64,000 nucleotides of DNA from a virus. Positions 51,739 through 60,662 of this stretch are shown in pieces. The stretch lies in IMG/VR virus record IMGVR_UViG_3300032282_004772. One strand, 5' to 3'. The number at the start of each line of letters is the position of its first letter. Positions within the stretch are counted from its first letter, which is position 1. Made by a program: the position numbers and the translations under genes. Below the pieces are notes generated by a model. It was not told the DNA's origin, ran no database searches, and worked only from the letters and a program-made list of their open reading frames with translations.

Positions 51739-52824
51739 ATGCAAAACGAAAAAAAATGTCCGTACAGTAAGCGTAAAACTAAAGTGTTATTCATTTGTAA
51801 AAAGAGAAAACATCCATATGAATATACTGAGATTGACGATAATTTAAAATCAAACGAAAATACTAAAATTCTAAAATCTTCAGGTCTATTAAACTCAGCG
51901 AAATTTGTTTCTAAAATGTTAAATAAAAATAATATAGAATCAAAAGTTGTTGATGTTATTGATAATAATAGTATTGATAAAGTAGTAAAAGAATTTAAAC
52001 CTGATTACGTAATAATTGAAGCTCTTTGGGTAGTACCTGAAAAATTTGAAGTATTGACTAAACTACATCCAAAGGTTAAATGGATAGTTAGATTACATAG
52101 TGAAATACCGTTTTTATCTAATGAAGGAATTGCGATTGAATGGTTATACAAATACATAAAATATAAAAATGTTTACATTGGTTCAAATAGTATTGAAGCA
52201 ACAGAAATACTTGAAAATATATTAAAAACAAAATTATTCTACTTACCAAATTACTACCCAATTAAATCCGAAGGAGGATGTCCTGTTGTGGAGACTCAAG
52301 AAAATACAATCAATATTGGATGTTTTGGTGCAATTAGACCAATGAAAAATCAACTACAACAAGCAATCGCCTCTATTGAATTTGGTGACTCATTAAACAA
52401 ATCAATTAGATTTCATATAAATTCTGAGAGAATTGAATCTAGAGGGGAACCTGTATTAAAAAATATACGAGAATTATTTAAAAACAATCCAAAACATACA
52501 TTGGTAGAACACCATTGGCATGACCATCATGATTTTATAAATTTAGTTAGAAAAATGGATATAGGACTACAAGTTAGTTTTTCTGAAACATTTAACATTG
52601 TTAGTGCCGATTTTGTTTCAAATGGAATACCCGTTATAGTTTCTCCGGAAATTAATTGGGCATCCCGTATATTCAAAGTAAATCCTAACTCAAACAAAGA
52701 AATAGTAAAAAAATTAAAATTTGTTTGGAAATATAAAAAATTCGGACTAAACTTGTTTAGTTTATTTGGACTAATCAAATACAATTGGAAATCTAAAAAC
52801 GAGTGGTTAAATTATTTTTTATAA
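51739..52824 (+). CDS. Glycosyltransferase, GT-B-like
   Basis: IGCFGAIRPMKNQ, QVSFSETFNIVSADFVSNGIPVIVS. Confidence 0.7.
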   Translation: MQNEKKCPYSKRKTKVLFICKKRKHPYEYTEIDDNLKSNENTKILKSSGLLNSAKFVSKMLNKNNIESKVVDVIDNNSIDKVVKEFKPDYVIIEALWVVPEKFEVLTKLHPKVKWIVRLHSEIPFLSNEGIAIEWLYKYIKYKNVYIGSNSIEATEILENILKTKLFYLPNYYPIKSEGGCPVVETQENTINIGCFGAIRPMKNQLQQAIASIEFGDSLNKSIRFHINSERIESRGEPVLKNIRELFKNNPKHTLVEHHWHDHHDFINLVRKMDIGLQVSFSETFNIVSADFVSNGIPVIVSPEINWASRIFKVNPNSNKEIVKKLKFVWKYKKFGLNLFSLFGLIKYNWKSKNEWLNYFL

Positions 52825-52828
52825 AAAT

Positions 52829-52859
52829 TTTGCCAGAATAGTAAAATTTCATATATTTG
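52829..52859 (+). promoter_or_regulatory. Bacteroidota sigma-A promoter
   Basis: TTTG-N19-TATATTTG, 4 nt before the ATG. Confidence 0.7.
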
Positions 52860-52863
52860 CAAT

Positions 52864-53367
52864 ATGAAAAATAATCTACCATATTGTAAAACTTCTTTGG
52901 CGATTAAAGGTTATGAAGATTCTTCTATTGCCAAATCAGAAAAAAATGATTGTGTTGTTAGAGCAATTGCATCGTCTTTTGATATTGATTATGATTCGTC
53001 TCATTTTTTTGTAAAAAAAATGTTTTATAGAAAACATAGACAAGGGACTAAAAATTTTGTCTCTAAGATGTATTCTTTAATTGAAAAAGGTATTGATATT
53101 GGTGGTAAAAAATTTGAAGCGGTTGGTAAAATTAAACATGATTTTACAAAAAGACATACATTAAAATACGAAGTTAAGGTTAATGGTTCTGTGGTTGAAA
53201 GAAAAATGACCGTTGGGACATTCACTAAAAAAAACCCTAAAGGTACTTATTTGGTTGTTGTTAGAGGTCATGCGTTTACCATAAAAAATGGTGTGGTTAT
53301 TGGAAATATAGAAGACTCAGAGAGAAGGAAAAAAATCATTAATTACGCTTGGAAAGTTATCAATTAA
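52864..53367 (+). CDS. Hypothetical protein, possible Cys/His peptidase-like fold
   Basis: NDCVVRAIA...RGHAFTIKNG. Confidence 0.5.
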   Translation: MKNNLPYCKTSLAIKGYEDSSIAKSEKNDCVVRAIASSFDIDYDSSHFFVKKMFYRKHRQGTKNFVSKMYSLIEKGIDIGGKKFEAVGKIKHDFTKRHTLKYEVKVNGSVVERKMTVGTFTKKNPKGTYLVVVRGHAFTIKNGVVIGNIEDSERRKKIINYAWKVIN

Positions 53368-53372
53368 AAAAC

Positions 53373-53828
53373 ATGAAAAGAATATACCTCGATGATGTCA
53401 GAACTCCAATTGATAAGGATTGGATTGTTGTTAGGTCTTACGATGAATTTGTTTCTAAAATACAAGAAATCGGATTGTCTAAAATTGAAACAATTTCATT
53501 AGACCATGATTTAGGACGAGAAGCCATGAATGAGTACTTCAACAACGTGTCACCTAATTATACATTGGATTATAATAATTTAAAAGAAGAATTTACAGGA
53601 TACGATTGTGCAAAATGGTTAGTTAATCACTATTATGAAAAATATCACAATGACGAAACTTCATCAAAAGACAAAAAATCTTTGGGAATCTCTTTCCCTA
53701 AAGTTTATACTCATTCCGCCAACCCTATTGGAAGTGCAAATATTATGGGTTACATCAATAATTTCTTAATGAATGAACACCAATCTCAAACTTGTATAAG
53801 AGTTCAAATCGCACATAATGTTGATTAA
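53373..53828 (+). CDS. Cyclic-phosphate processing receiver-domain protein
   Basis: IYLDDVR, ISLDHDLG, TGYDCAKW, HSANPIG. Confidence 0.75.
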   Translation: MKRIYLDDVRTPIDKDWIVVRSYDEFVSKIQEIGLSKIETISLDHDLGREAMNEYFNNVSPNYTLDYNNLKEEFTGYDCAKWLVNHYYEKYHNDETSSKDKKSLGISFPKVYTHSANPIGSANIMGYINNFLMNEHQSQTCIRVQIAHNVD

Positions 53829-53829
53829 T

Positions 53830-54066
53830 ATGGAAAATTTAAGAATTAAACTAAATTCTGTTTTAAAGGTAATAATGATGATATTAATTCCTTTGGTAAT
53901 TGCCGATTCATTTTTTTACCTGATAGGTTCGTTTATTGCTCAAGATTGGAATTATGAAAATTGGTGGATGTTTACTTCTACAATTGGAAGAATTTTATTA
54001 TCTTTGATTCAAATTATGATATTAGTTAACATACCTAAGTGGTACGAACAATTTAACCAAAAATGA
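53830..54066 (+). CDS. Small membrane protein
   Basis: Two hydrophobic segments. Confidence 0.55.
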   Translation: MENLRIKLNSVLKVIMMILIPLVIADSFFYLIGSFIAQDWNYENWWMFTSTIGRILLSLIQIMILVNIPKWYEQFNQK

Positions 54067-54548
54067 ACATATTCTTTTTAGACAAAGACCCAAGAAAATG
54101 TGCTGAATATCACTGTGACAAACATGTTGTTAAAATGATATTGGAAACCGCTCAACTTCTTTGTTCTGCACACCACATGACCCCTCAAGTCACCCCTCAA
54201 GTCCCATATAAACTTTCTCATAAAAATCACCCTTGTTCGATTTGGGTTAGAGAAAGTTTATCAAACTATCTTTATCTATGTGAACTTGGCTTAGAACTTT
54301 GTAAAGAATATACATATCGTTACGGTAAAAGACACAAATCACAAGATGTTATTGAGTGGTGTCTTGTAAATAAAGTAAAAATTTGTGATAAGGGATTCAC
54401 TGAACCGGCAAAAGCAATGCCTGAATATTTTAAAGTAACAGATGTTGTTGATTCTTATAGGAATTATTATATTGGCGCAAAATCAGGATTTGCACATTGG
54501 ACTAATAGGGATGTCCCTTATTGGTTTACTAAATCATCATTAAATTAG
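54063..54548 (+). CDS. Pyrimidine-dimer glycosylase/endonuclease V-like protein
   Basis: MNIFFLD...HCDKHVVKMILETAQLL, HKNHPC..W, EY..RYGK.H. Confidence 0.75.
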   Translation: MNIFFLDKDPRKCAEYHCDKHVVKMILETAQLLCSAHHMTPQVTPQVPYKLSHKNHPCSIWVRESLSNYLYLCELGLELCKEYTYRYGKRHKSQDVIEWCLVNKVKICDKGFTEPAKAMPEYFKVTDVVDSYRNYYIGAKSGFAHWTNRDVPYWFTKSSLN

Positions 54549-54649
54549 ACTATAATTTTGTAGATAAAATAAGACAAATCATAATTTTTATTTTTTTTGA
54601 TATTTATTATTAAAAATAATATAAACTTAAATTAAAATTATCGATTTAT

Positions 54650-55255
54650 ATGTCCAAAGAGGTTATTGTGGCATTTATTACTGGTGTTTTCGGACCGGTG
54701 CTTTTACTTTTCTTAAAATACAAATTCTCTAAATTAAAAAAGACTGATATGGTCATTGACACTTTAAAAGTTAGTGAAACAGTAATGACAAAACTTGAAC
54801 AGGTAAAAGATGAGTTTGAGTCGGATAGGGTTTGGATTTCACAATTTCATAATGGTGGCAATTTTTATCCTACAGGTAAATCTATGGCTAAGTTTAGTAT
54901 ACTATATGAAGTTGTTAATCCTGGAATACTATCAATACAAACAAATTTTCAAAATATTCCTGTAAATTTATTTAGCAGGCCAATAAACAAATTATATGAA
55001 TCTGATTTAATTGAAATTCCTGACTTTAAAGATGTCACAATTGCAACATATGGTTTAAAATATGTTGCGGAAGACAGTGGATGTAAATCAGGATATCTTT
55101 TTGCAATAAAAACTATTGATAACAAATTTATTGGTATTTTAGGGATAGATTTTGTTAAAAAGAAAGTTAAACTTAATCAAGAACAAATTACTCATTTACA
55201 AGTCCATTCGGCCACATTAGGTGGAGTAATGATGGATGGTTTAAAAAAGAGTTAA
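54650..55255 (+). CDS. Membrane-anchored GAF-like protein (holin candidate)
   Basis: N-terminal TM; DRVWISQFHNG...IGILGIDF; late motif upstream. Confidence 0.5.
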   Translation: MSKEVIVAFITGVFGPVLLLFLKYKFSKLKKTDMVIDTLKVSETVMTKLEQVKDEFESDRVWISQFHNGGNFYPTGKSMAKFSILYEVVNPGILSIQTNFQNIPVNLFSRPINKLYESDLIEIPDFKDVTIATYGLKYVAEDSGCKSGYLFAIKTIDNKFIGILGIDFVKKKVKLNQEQITHLQVHSATLGGVMMDGLKKS

Positions 55256-56157
55256 GCGTAAAAATCTTGGATTTCCGCAGGAGTATCTTGAGTTATATTT
55301 TTATTTTTATATAATACTTCATCTATATCACCAGTAACTACATTAAGTAAAAAAACTCCATCTTCATGGGTTTGGTCAATTTCATCAGTATCCTCATCTC
55401 CAGCATTAACAGTAATAGTATTTAATAAAAATGTTTTTTTTGTTTTATTAAGTTCAAAATCTTTTCTTTCGACTGTATTAATAGTTGATAATACATTTTG
55501 GTCATATGATGCGTACTCATATACATCATAAGGAAGAAATTCGTTTGTATAAGTTACACCGTCCCCATTACAGTAATAACATTGTACGTTTCCGGTGCCG
55601 TCACAATTTTGACAAGTAACATCTTTTTCTCCCTTACAATCATCACAAGTAATTTCTTTGTTTCCTTCACAATAATCACAAGTAATTTTACCTCTTCCAT
55701 CACAATTACCACATTCATCCCCTTCCTCATCCACACCGTCTCCATTACAATCAGGACAATCGACAGTACCGTCTCCATCACATTCAGAACAATTGACAGT
55801 ACCTTCTCCACCACAGTTATCACAACTTACCAAGCCTCCACCATAACAATCCTCACACACCTCATTTCCACTTTCGTTACAAGAATTACACTCAATTGAA
55901 TTATTAATTTCTCCAAATTCAACTACTGAAAAAATAAAAAGATTACTATTTAATTCATTAATTAAAGACTCGACATCTTTTTCTTGGTAAACCGCATCAG
56001 CAATAAAAACTAATTTTATTATTTGGGATGGTTTCATCAGTTCTCTTATATCTTTAATATATGAATTAGACATAATTACACGATAAATTGATTCTAAACT
56101 CAAATTAGTGTCATCCATAAATGGTCTAATTGCTCTTGAAATGGAAATTAAATTCAT
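55252..56157 (-). CDS. DnaJ-type zinc-finger repeat protein without J domain
   Basis: Ten CxxC(xGxG) repeats. Confidence 0.75.
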   Translation of the reverse strand: MNLISISRAIRPFMDDTNLSLESIYRVIMSNSYIKDIRELMKPSQIIKLVFIADAVYQEKDVESLINELNSNLFIFSVVEFGEINNSIECNSCNESGNEVCEDCYGGGLVSCDNCGGEGTVNCSECDGDGTVDCPDCNGDGVDEEGDECGNCDGRGKITCDYCEGNKEITCDDCKGEKDVTCQNCDGTGNVQCYYCNGDGVTYTNEFLPYDVYEYASYDQNVLSTINTVERKDFELNKTKKTFLLNTITVNAGDEDTDEIDQTHEDGVFLLNVVTGDIDEVLYKNKNITQDTPAEIQDFYA

Positions 56158-56195
56158 AATAAATTTTATTTATAAATATCTTGAGTTTATTTAAT

Positions 56196-56226
56196 AAAAA
56201 ACCCCCTATAAAAATATAGGGGGTCT
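56196..56226 (-). terminator. Rho-independent terminator
   Basis: ACCCCCTAT/ATAGGGGGT stem with A tract. Confidence 0.8.
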
Positions 56227-56246
56227 TAACGACTACGTAGTATAAA

Positions 56247-56426
56247 TTACTTAACCACTACAGTTGTATCAACAACAGTTGTGTCCGCGGCAGTTGTGTC
56301 AACAGATAAAGAAACGGTATCAATTGAAACTGCAGTTGTATCTGTAGTTGATTCAGTTGAAGTTGTTTCAGTTCCGCAAGAAGATAACATTGTTACTACA
56401 CCGAGTGCTAAAATTACTTTTTTCAT
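56247..56426 (-). CDS. Small Thr-rich lipoprotein (59 aa, not in ORF track)
   Basis: MKKVILALGVVTMLSS-CGTETTSTESTTDTTAVSIDTVSLSVDTTAADTTVVDTTVVVK; own late motif and terminator. Confidence 0.8.
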   Translation of the reverse strand: MKKVILALGVVTMLSSCGTETTSTESTTDTTAVSIDTVSLSVDTTAADTTVVDTTVVVK

Positions 56427-56506
56427 TTTTCTTTTTTTTGTTATTTAATTTTTTATTTTCACTTATAAATATACTACATTAACCAAAAATAGTCAAATAC
56501 TATTAA

Positions 56507-56538
56507 TAAAAAAAGGGGATATTAAATATCCCCTTTTT
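56507..56538 (-). terminator. Terminator after tmRNA
   Basis: AAAAGGGGATAT-TAA-ATATCCCCTTTT. Confidence 0.85.
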
Positions 56539-56540
56539 GT

Positions 56541-56929
56541 TGGTGGAGGTAGAGGTATCGAAACCTCGTCTTGTTTATTTTGAATAACTATGACTACATG
56601 TTTAGGATAATATTCATTCTAAATATTCCAAAATATGAAGTTCAAATTTTGCCATCTGAGCTTCCAACGGTGGAAGGTTCACTTATACTGTGGTAGAACC
56701 TCTAACGAGACCAACAATCCACGGCTTCTGTTCCTGGGTTATACGCCTGCCGACCCGGACGAGGAAGTGCTTACGCTACTTCAACGAGCTCGTCTTGTTT
56801 AACAAGACCTAATAGAGCCATTTTGTTCAATACGTTGCCGATTGAGTTTTGAATCAGTTTTAACGAAGTTAATTCAGCTTCGACATGCCATTGATATACA
56901 ATAATACCAATCAATTCCAACTTACCCCC
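56541..56929 (-). ncRNA. ssrA: tmRNA
   Basis: 5' GGGGGUA pairs with UACCUCC-ACCA including G3.U; GCAUG/CAUGU helix; PK1 (CGAAG/CUUCG, UGAAUUA/UGAUUCA); tag frame 56839-56771. Confidence 0.9.
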
Positions 56930-56948
56930 ATATTTTCAAAGAACACTA

Positions 56949-56980
56949 CAAAGATATAAATATATCTTCAAATAATCAAA
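56949..56980 (-). promoter_or_regulatory. Bacteroidota sigma-A promoter for tmRNA
   Basis: TTTG-N20-TATCTTTG on the minus strand. Confidence 0.75.
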
Positions 56981-57000
56981 TTATTTGAATATTTATTGGT

Positions 57001-58056
57001 ATGAGATTAAAACTTTTTGAAGAAGTTAATGAAGATTGGCTCTATATGCAATTGCATATGTTTAAAAGAGGTATTGTTTCTGAAACACAAATTAAACGTG
57101 CGGATGATTTGATTTATGATATTAAAAAAAATGGAATCATAACTTTAAAATTTGATAATAATAATGACTATTTTAAATTATTTAAAAATAAACTTAGTAA
57201 TGATGACATTTTTATTATGGACCAAATTTTTAATTCATACTATGGAAGTATGGAATTTTTTGATAGTTATAGAGCAAATGAAGATTGGGAGTGTGGGTAC
57301 ATTGTAAGTACATTTAATGAATCTAACATGGATAAAGTAAAAGAAATTTCCATGATAATATCACCTGGAATAGATTTTGAAGATTACGCATCCACTCCAA
57401 GGGAAGATTTTTCTCAAAAATTAAATAATTTTTTTCCAAGAATTGTAGAAGATATAATTAATGAATATTCTTCATCCATAGATACCGCAATAAAAGACTA
57501 TATTTCAAATTACATAGAAAAAGATATTTGTGACGCTTTTTATAATTATGGAATTTATAATTCAAATTATTGTTTTTACAAATATCACACAACAGTTGAT
57601 AATCTTATAAAATTGTATGATACTTTTGGTGAAAAAAGTAAGCCTTTGGTGAACTTATTAAAAAAAATTGCCGATTTAACCGATATTGAAGGTAATTATT
57701 GGGAAGAATATATTGATGCAACAAGTAGCGTAAATTTTGATAGTGACTCTTTTAATAACTATGTTGGAAGAAAGTTAGATGATATTATAGAGCGATTAGA
57801 AGAGGATTCTGAAATGTTTTTATCTATTAATGAATACAAAAACATAGTAAAAAAATTATCAAAAAAATATAATTTTAATAGATGGTATGATTTACCAAAG
57901 GATAAAAAAATAATGTTTAAGATTACTCATATTGACCCCGGAACAAACAAGATTAATTTTGAAGTTAAAAACCAAAATGGTTTTTATCGTAACTCATTAA
58001 ACTTGGAAAATTTTAATTTATTTTTACATCATCCTGAAATAAAATTTGAGGATTAA
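57001..58056 (+). CDS. Hypothetical protein
   Basis: 351 aa; MRLKLFEE N-terminus; TATTTAT 4 nt upstream. Confidence 0.6.
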   Translation: MRLKLFEEVNEDWLYMQLHMFKRGIVSETQIKRADDLIYDIKKNGIITLKFDNNNDYFKLFKNKLSNDDIFIMDQIFNSYYGSMEFFDSYRANEDWECGYIVSTFNESNMDKVKEISMIISPGIDFEDYASTPREDFSQKLNNFFPRIVEDIINEYSSSIDTAIKDYISNYIEKDICDAFYNYGIYNSNYCFYKYHTTVDNLIKLYDTFGEKSKPLVNLLKKIADLTDIEGNYWEEYIDATSSVNFDSDSFNNYVGRKLDDIIERLEEDSEMFLSINEYKNIVKKLSKKYNFNRWYDLPKDKKIMFKITHIDPGTNKINFEVKNQNGFYRNSLNLENFNLFLHHPEIKFED

Positions 58057-58076
58057 AAAATTATTTATTATCTTTG
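58045..58076 (+). promoter_or_regulatory. Bacteroidota sigma-A promoter
   Basis: TTTG-N20-TATCTTTG. Confidence 0.7.
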
Positions 58077-58092
58077 TGTAAAAGATATAAAA

Positions 58093-58917
58093 ATGTCAAG
58101 AGACCTTAATTTATTAAAAGAAGTTCTTTCAGTTCCAACTCACACATATGAAGAGGATTTGATGGTTCAATTCATTTCTGATTGGTTGAGAAAAAATAAT
58201 ATAGACCATTACGTAGATGAACACTTAAATGTTTATGCGACCAAACAAACTGGTGTGTTATCAGACGATTTTATGTTTCCTTGTGTTGTATCTCATACCG
58301 ATACTGTACACAGACTTGACACTATCAATGTTGTAGAAGAAATGTTACCTAATTCACACGGTGAATTAAAATTATCACTTAAGGCGTATAATAATGATGG
58401 AGAACCGACAGGAATTGGTGGTGATGATAAATGCGGTGTATTTGCATGTTTAGAACTTTTAAAAGAATTACCTAATTTAAAAGCGGCATTTTTTGTTTCA
58501 GAAGAAACGGGGTGTCACGGCTCAAAAAAAGCAAACGAATCATTTTTTTCAAACGTAGGTTATGCAATTCAATTTGATGCACCAGAAAATTGGATGGTGA
58601 CTGAAACTTGTTTTGGAACAAGGTTGTTTGATAGAAAAAGTGAGTTTTTTGAGAAGTGTGATATCATTTTAAATGAAAACATGAATGATAAACTCAAGTA
58701 TATGACACATCCTTATACCGATGTTTATGCGCTTAAAAACAAATTTAATTTTTCATGTATTAACTTCTCAATCGGATATTATCGATATCATACAAGAAAT
58801 GAATATGTTGTTGTGGAAGATACATTTAATGGAATTGAGATGGGTAAAAAAATGATTGAGTCCTTGGGATATCAAAAATACGAGTACAAACAAACTAAGA
58901 AAGAATACTTTTTTTAA
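58093..58917 (+). CDS. M20/M28-family metallopeptidase
   Basis: SHTDTV, GGDDKCG, SEETG, QFD, YHT..E. Confidence 0.85.
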   Translation: MSRDLNLLKEVLSVPTHTYEEDLMVQFISDWLRKNNIDHYVDEHLNVYATKQTGVLSDDFMFPCVVSHTDTVHRLDTINVVEEMLPNSHGELKLSLKAYNNDGEPTGIGGDDKCGVFACLELLKELPNLKAAFFVSEETGCHGSKKANESFFSNVGYAIQFDAPENWMVTETCFGTRLFDRKSEFFEKCDIILNENMNDKLKYMTHPYTDVYALKNKFNFSCINFSIGYYRYHTRNEYVVVEDTFNGIEMGKKMIESLGYQKYEYKQTKKEYFF

Positions 58918-58922
58918 CTCAA

Positions 58923-59903
58923 TTATTGTGGAGGTATTGCGTAATAACAATATCTTTTGGTGAACCATACAAATCCTTTAAGATTAATCCATTGTTTTTG
59001 GAATGTAGTCATTCCTCCATATATGTTGTTATACGCTTGTTGTTCAATATAAAAATATGGGTTGGGGTAGTTTATAGCTGACGCTAAAGCAGGACCTGTA
59101 AAAGTATTATTAGCTCCCCAGGCTGTATTCTCAACAGATATAATAATGTATAAATCAATTCTTCTATTATTTTGTCTCGCACCTTTTGCGATAATATCCA
59201 ATCTGCCACCGGTGGCACCAGCACTTTGAGCATTAGCATAACTATAAGTAGGAATCCCATTTTGATAACAATGTAATAATATTCTGTCAGAATATCGAAC
59301 TTGGTCTTTTGCTGCAATAGTATCTATTGTTGGAGACATGTTTTTATACCACCCTTCATAAAAATCATTGTCTTGTATTGATTCTCTTGATATTTGGGAA
59401 TTTATAGTATCCCAAGTAGTCCAAGAACAAGCATTATTCCACCATTCTAATTCTAAATTAGCTCTGTTTATTTTTTTTAAATTATCTGTTTGGGAATTAT
59501 TATACCTTGTAATATTACCTGTAGACTTAAATGTTGTTGCACTTCCTGATACAACGCCCTTATATATTACTCCACTATCATTTAACTGTTTTAAAAATAT
59601 TGAAAAATTAGTATAGTTACTTGTTGATGAAACTATACTTGAGGTACTATATAGGTACACGCCATTAAATCCGTACTTTTTTAAGTATTTTGATAATGTC
59701 GAACGACCATTTAAATTATTGTATATCGTATCTGTCTTATCGATATACATATATCTTTCCCAACTATATTCATAAGGTATTAATGGTCTTGATTTTTCGG
59801 TTTTTGAGTTTAAATCAAACTCAGTTACTTCCTCTTTTTTACAGTTAGTAATTAACAAGATTAACAAAAATAAAAAACCACTTAAGATAGATTTTATTTT
59901 CAT
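58923..59903 (-). CDS. Lipoprotein, possible glycoside-hydrolase-like fold
   Basis: Signal ...LLITN-CKKEE; NLELEWWN, DRILLHCY. Confidence 0.55.
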   Translation of the reverse strand: MKIKSILSGFLFLLILLITNCKKEEVTEFDLNSKTEKSRPLIPYEYSWERYMYIDKTDTIYNNLNGRSTLSKYLKKYGFNGVYLYSTSSIVSSTSNYTNFSIFLKQLNDSGVIYKGVVSGSATTFKSTGNITRYNNSQTDNLKKINRANLELEWWNNACSWTTWDTINSQISRESIQDNDFYEGWYKNMSPTIDTIAAKDQVRYSDRILLHCYQNGIPTYSYANAQSAGATGGRLDIIAKGARQNNRRIDLYIIISVENTAWGANNTFTGPALASAINYPNPYFYIEQQAYNNIYGGMTTFQKQWINLKGFVWFTKRYCYYAIPPQ

Positions 59904-59982
59904 ATTATATCTTTTTATATAAATATAAAAATAGATTACCTAAAGTGGCTAGTTAAAACCTAATTTCATTTTGTATCCAAAA

Positions 59983-60558
59983 TTAAGTTAAAAAAGAGAT
60001 GATTTTTTCTTTAATCCCTAATTGTTTAATCCCTTCATTTTCTTTAATAGTATGGACAAAATTATTTAAACCAAAACTTTCAAATCCTCTTTTATTAAAA
60101 AATTCCTCAGACATATTTAAATCATCAATTGCGACCCAATTAGTTACACTTTTATGTTCAGATAACCAATGAGATATCTCTTTCGCTCTTTCAAATTCTA
60201 ATTCGGCTCTAAACCTTAGAGATGACCATTCTTTAGGAAAAATATCCTTAAACATCTCTGTTGTTGCAATTGGTTTTTTGATTATACCTTGATTGGTGTA
60301 ATATTCCCTTAATTCTTCAAGAGTAGCGTGGTATCTCCAATCAGATGTGATTACAATTTCCGCATCAGTTTCAGAAATAATTTCGTTTAAAAGTTTAATC
60401 GCCTTTTTGTCAAAATCATCAAATCTAACATCAACAGGTACTTGTTCAATATCGGAAGAAGGATTTTTCTTTAAATATTTTTGGCGTTTTTTAGTTCTGT
60501 TTCCCCAATTATTGGACAAACAAATTACTCCATCATGGTCTAAAAAAATAATTTTCAT
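59983..60558 (-). CDS. HAD-domain protein (Swiss Army Knife RNA-repair-like)
   Basis: IIFLDHDGV, IVITSDWR, WVAIDD; true start lies after tRNA-Cys. Confidence 0.8.
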   Translation of the reverse strand: MKIIFLDHDGVICLSNNWGNRTKKRQKYLKKNPSSDIEQVPVDVRFDDFDKKAIKLLNEIISETDAEIVITSDWRYHATLEELREYYTNQGIIKKPIATTEMFKDIFPKEWSSLRFRAELEFERAKEISHWLSEHKSVTNWVAIDDLNMSEEFFNKRGFESFGLNNFVHTIKENEGIKQLGIKEKIISFLT

Positions 60559-60574
60559 TTTAGTTTTTTTTTTG

Positions 60575-60645
60575 AGGTCAGAGGTGGATTCGAACCACCG
60601 TATATGGTTTTGCAGACCACCGCCTAACCACTCGGACATCTGACC
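60575..60645 (-). tRNA. tRNA-Cys(GCA)
   Basis: Cloverleaf GGUCAGA/UCUGACC, loop CU-GCA-AA, U73; CCA not encoded. Confidence 0.95.
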
Positions 60646-60662
60646 AATAATTATAAAAAATG

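Noticed and set aside
60559-60639. N-terminal extension of the HAD ORF
   Set aside because: Overlaps tRNA-Cys; the HAD motif begins at ATG 60558
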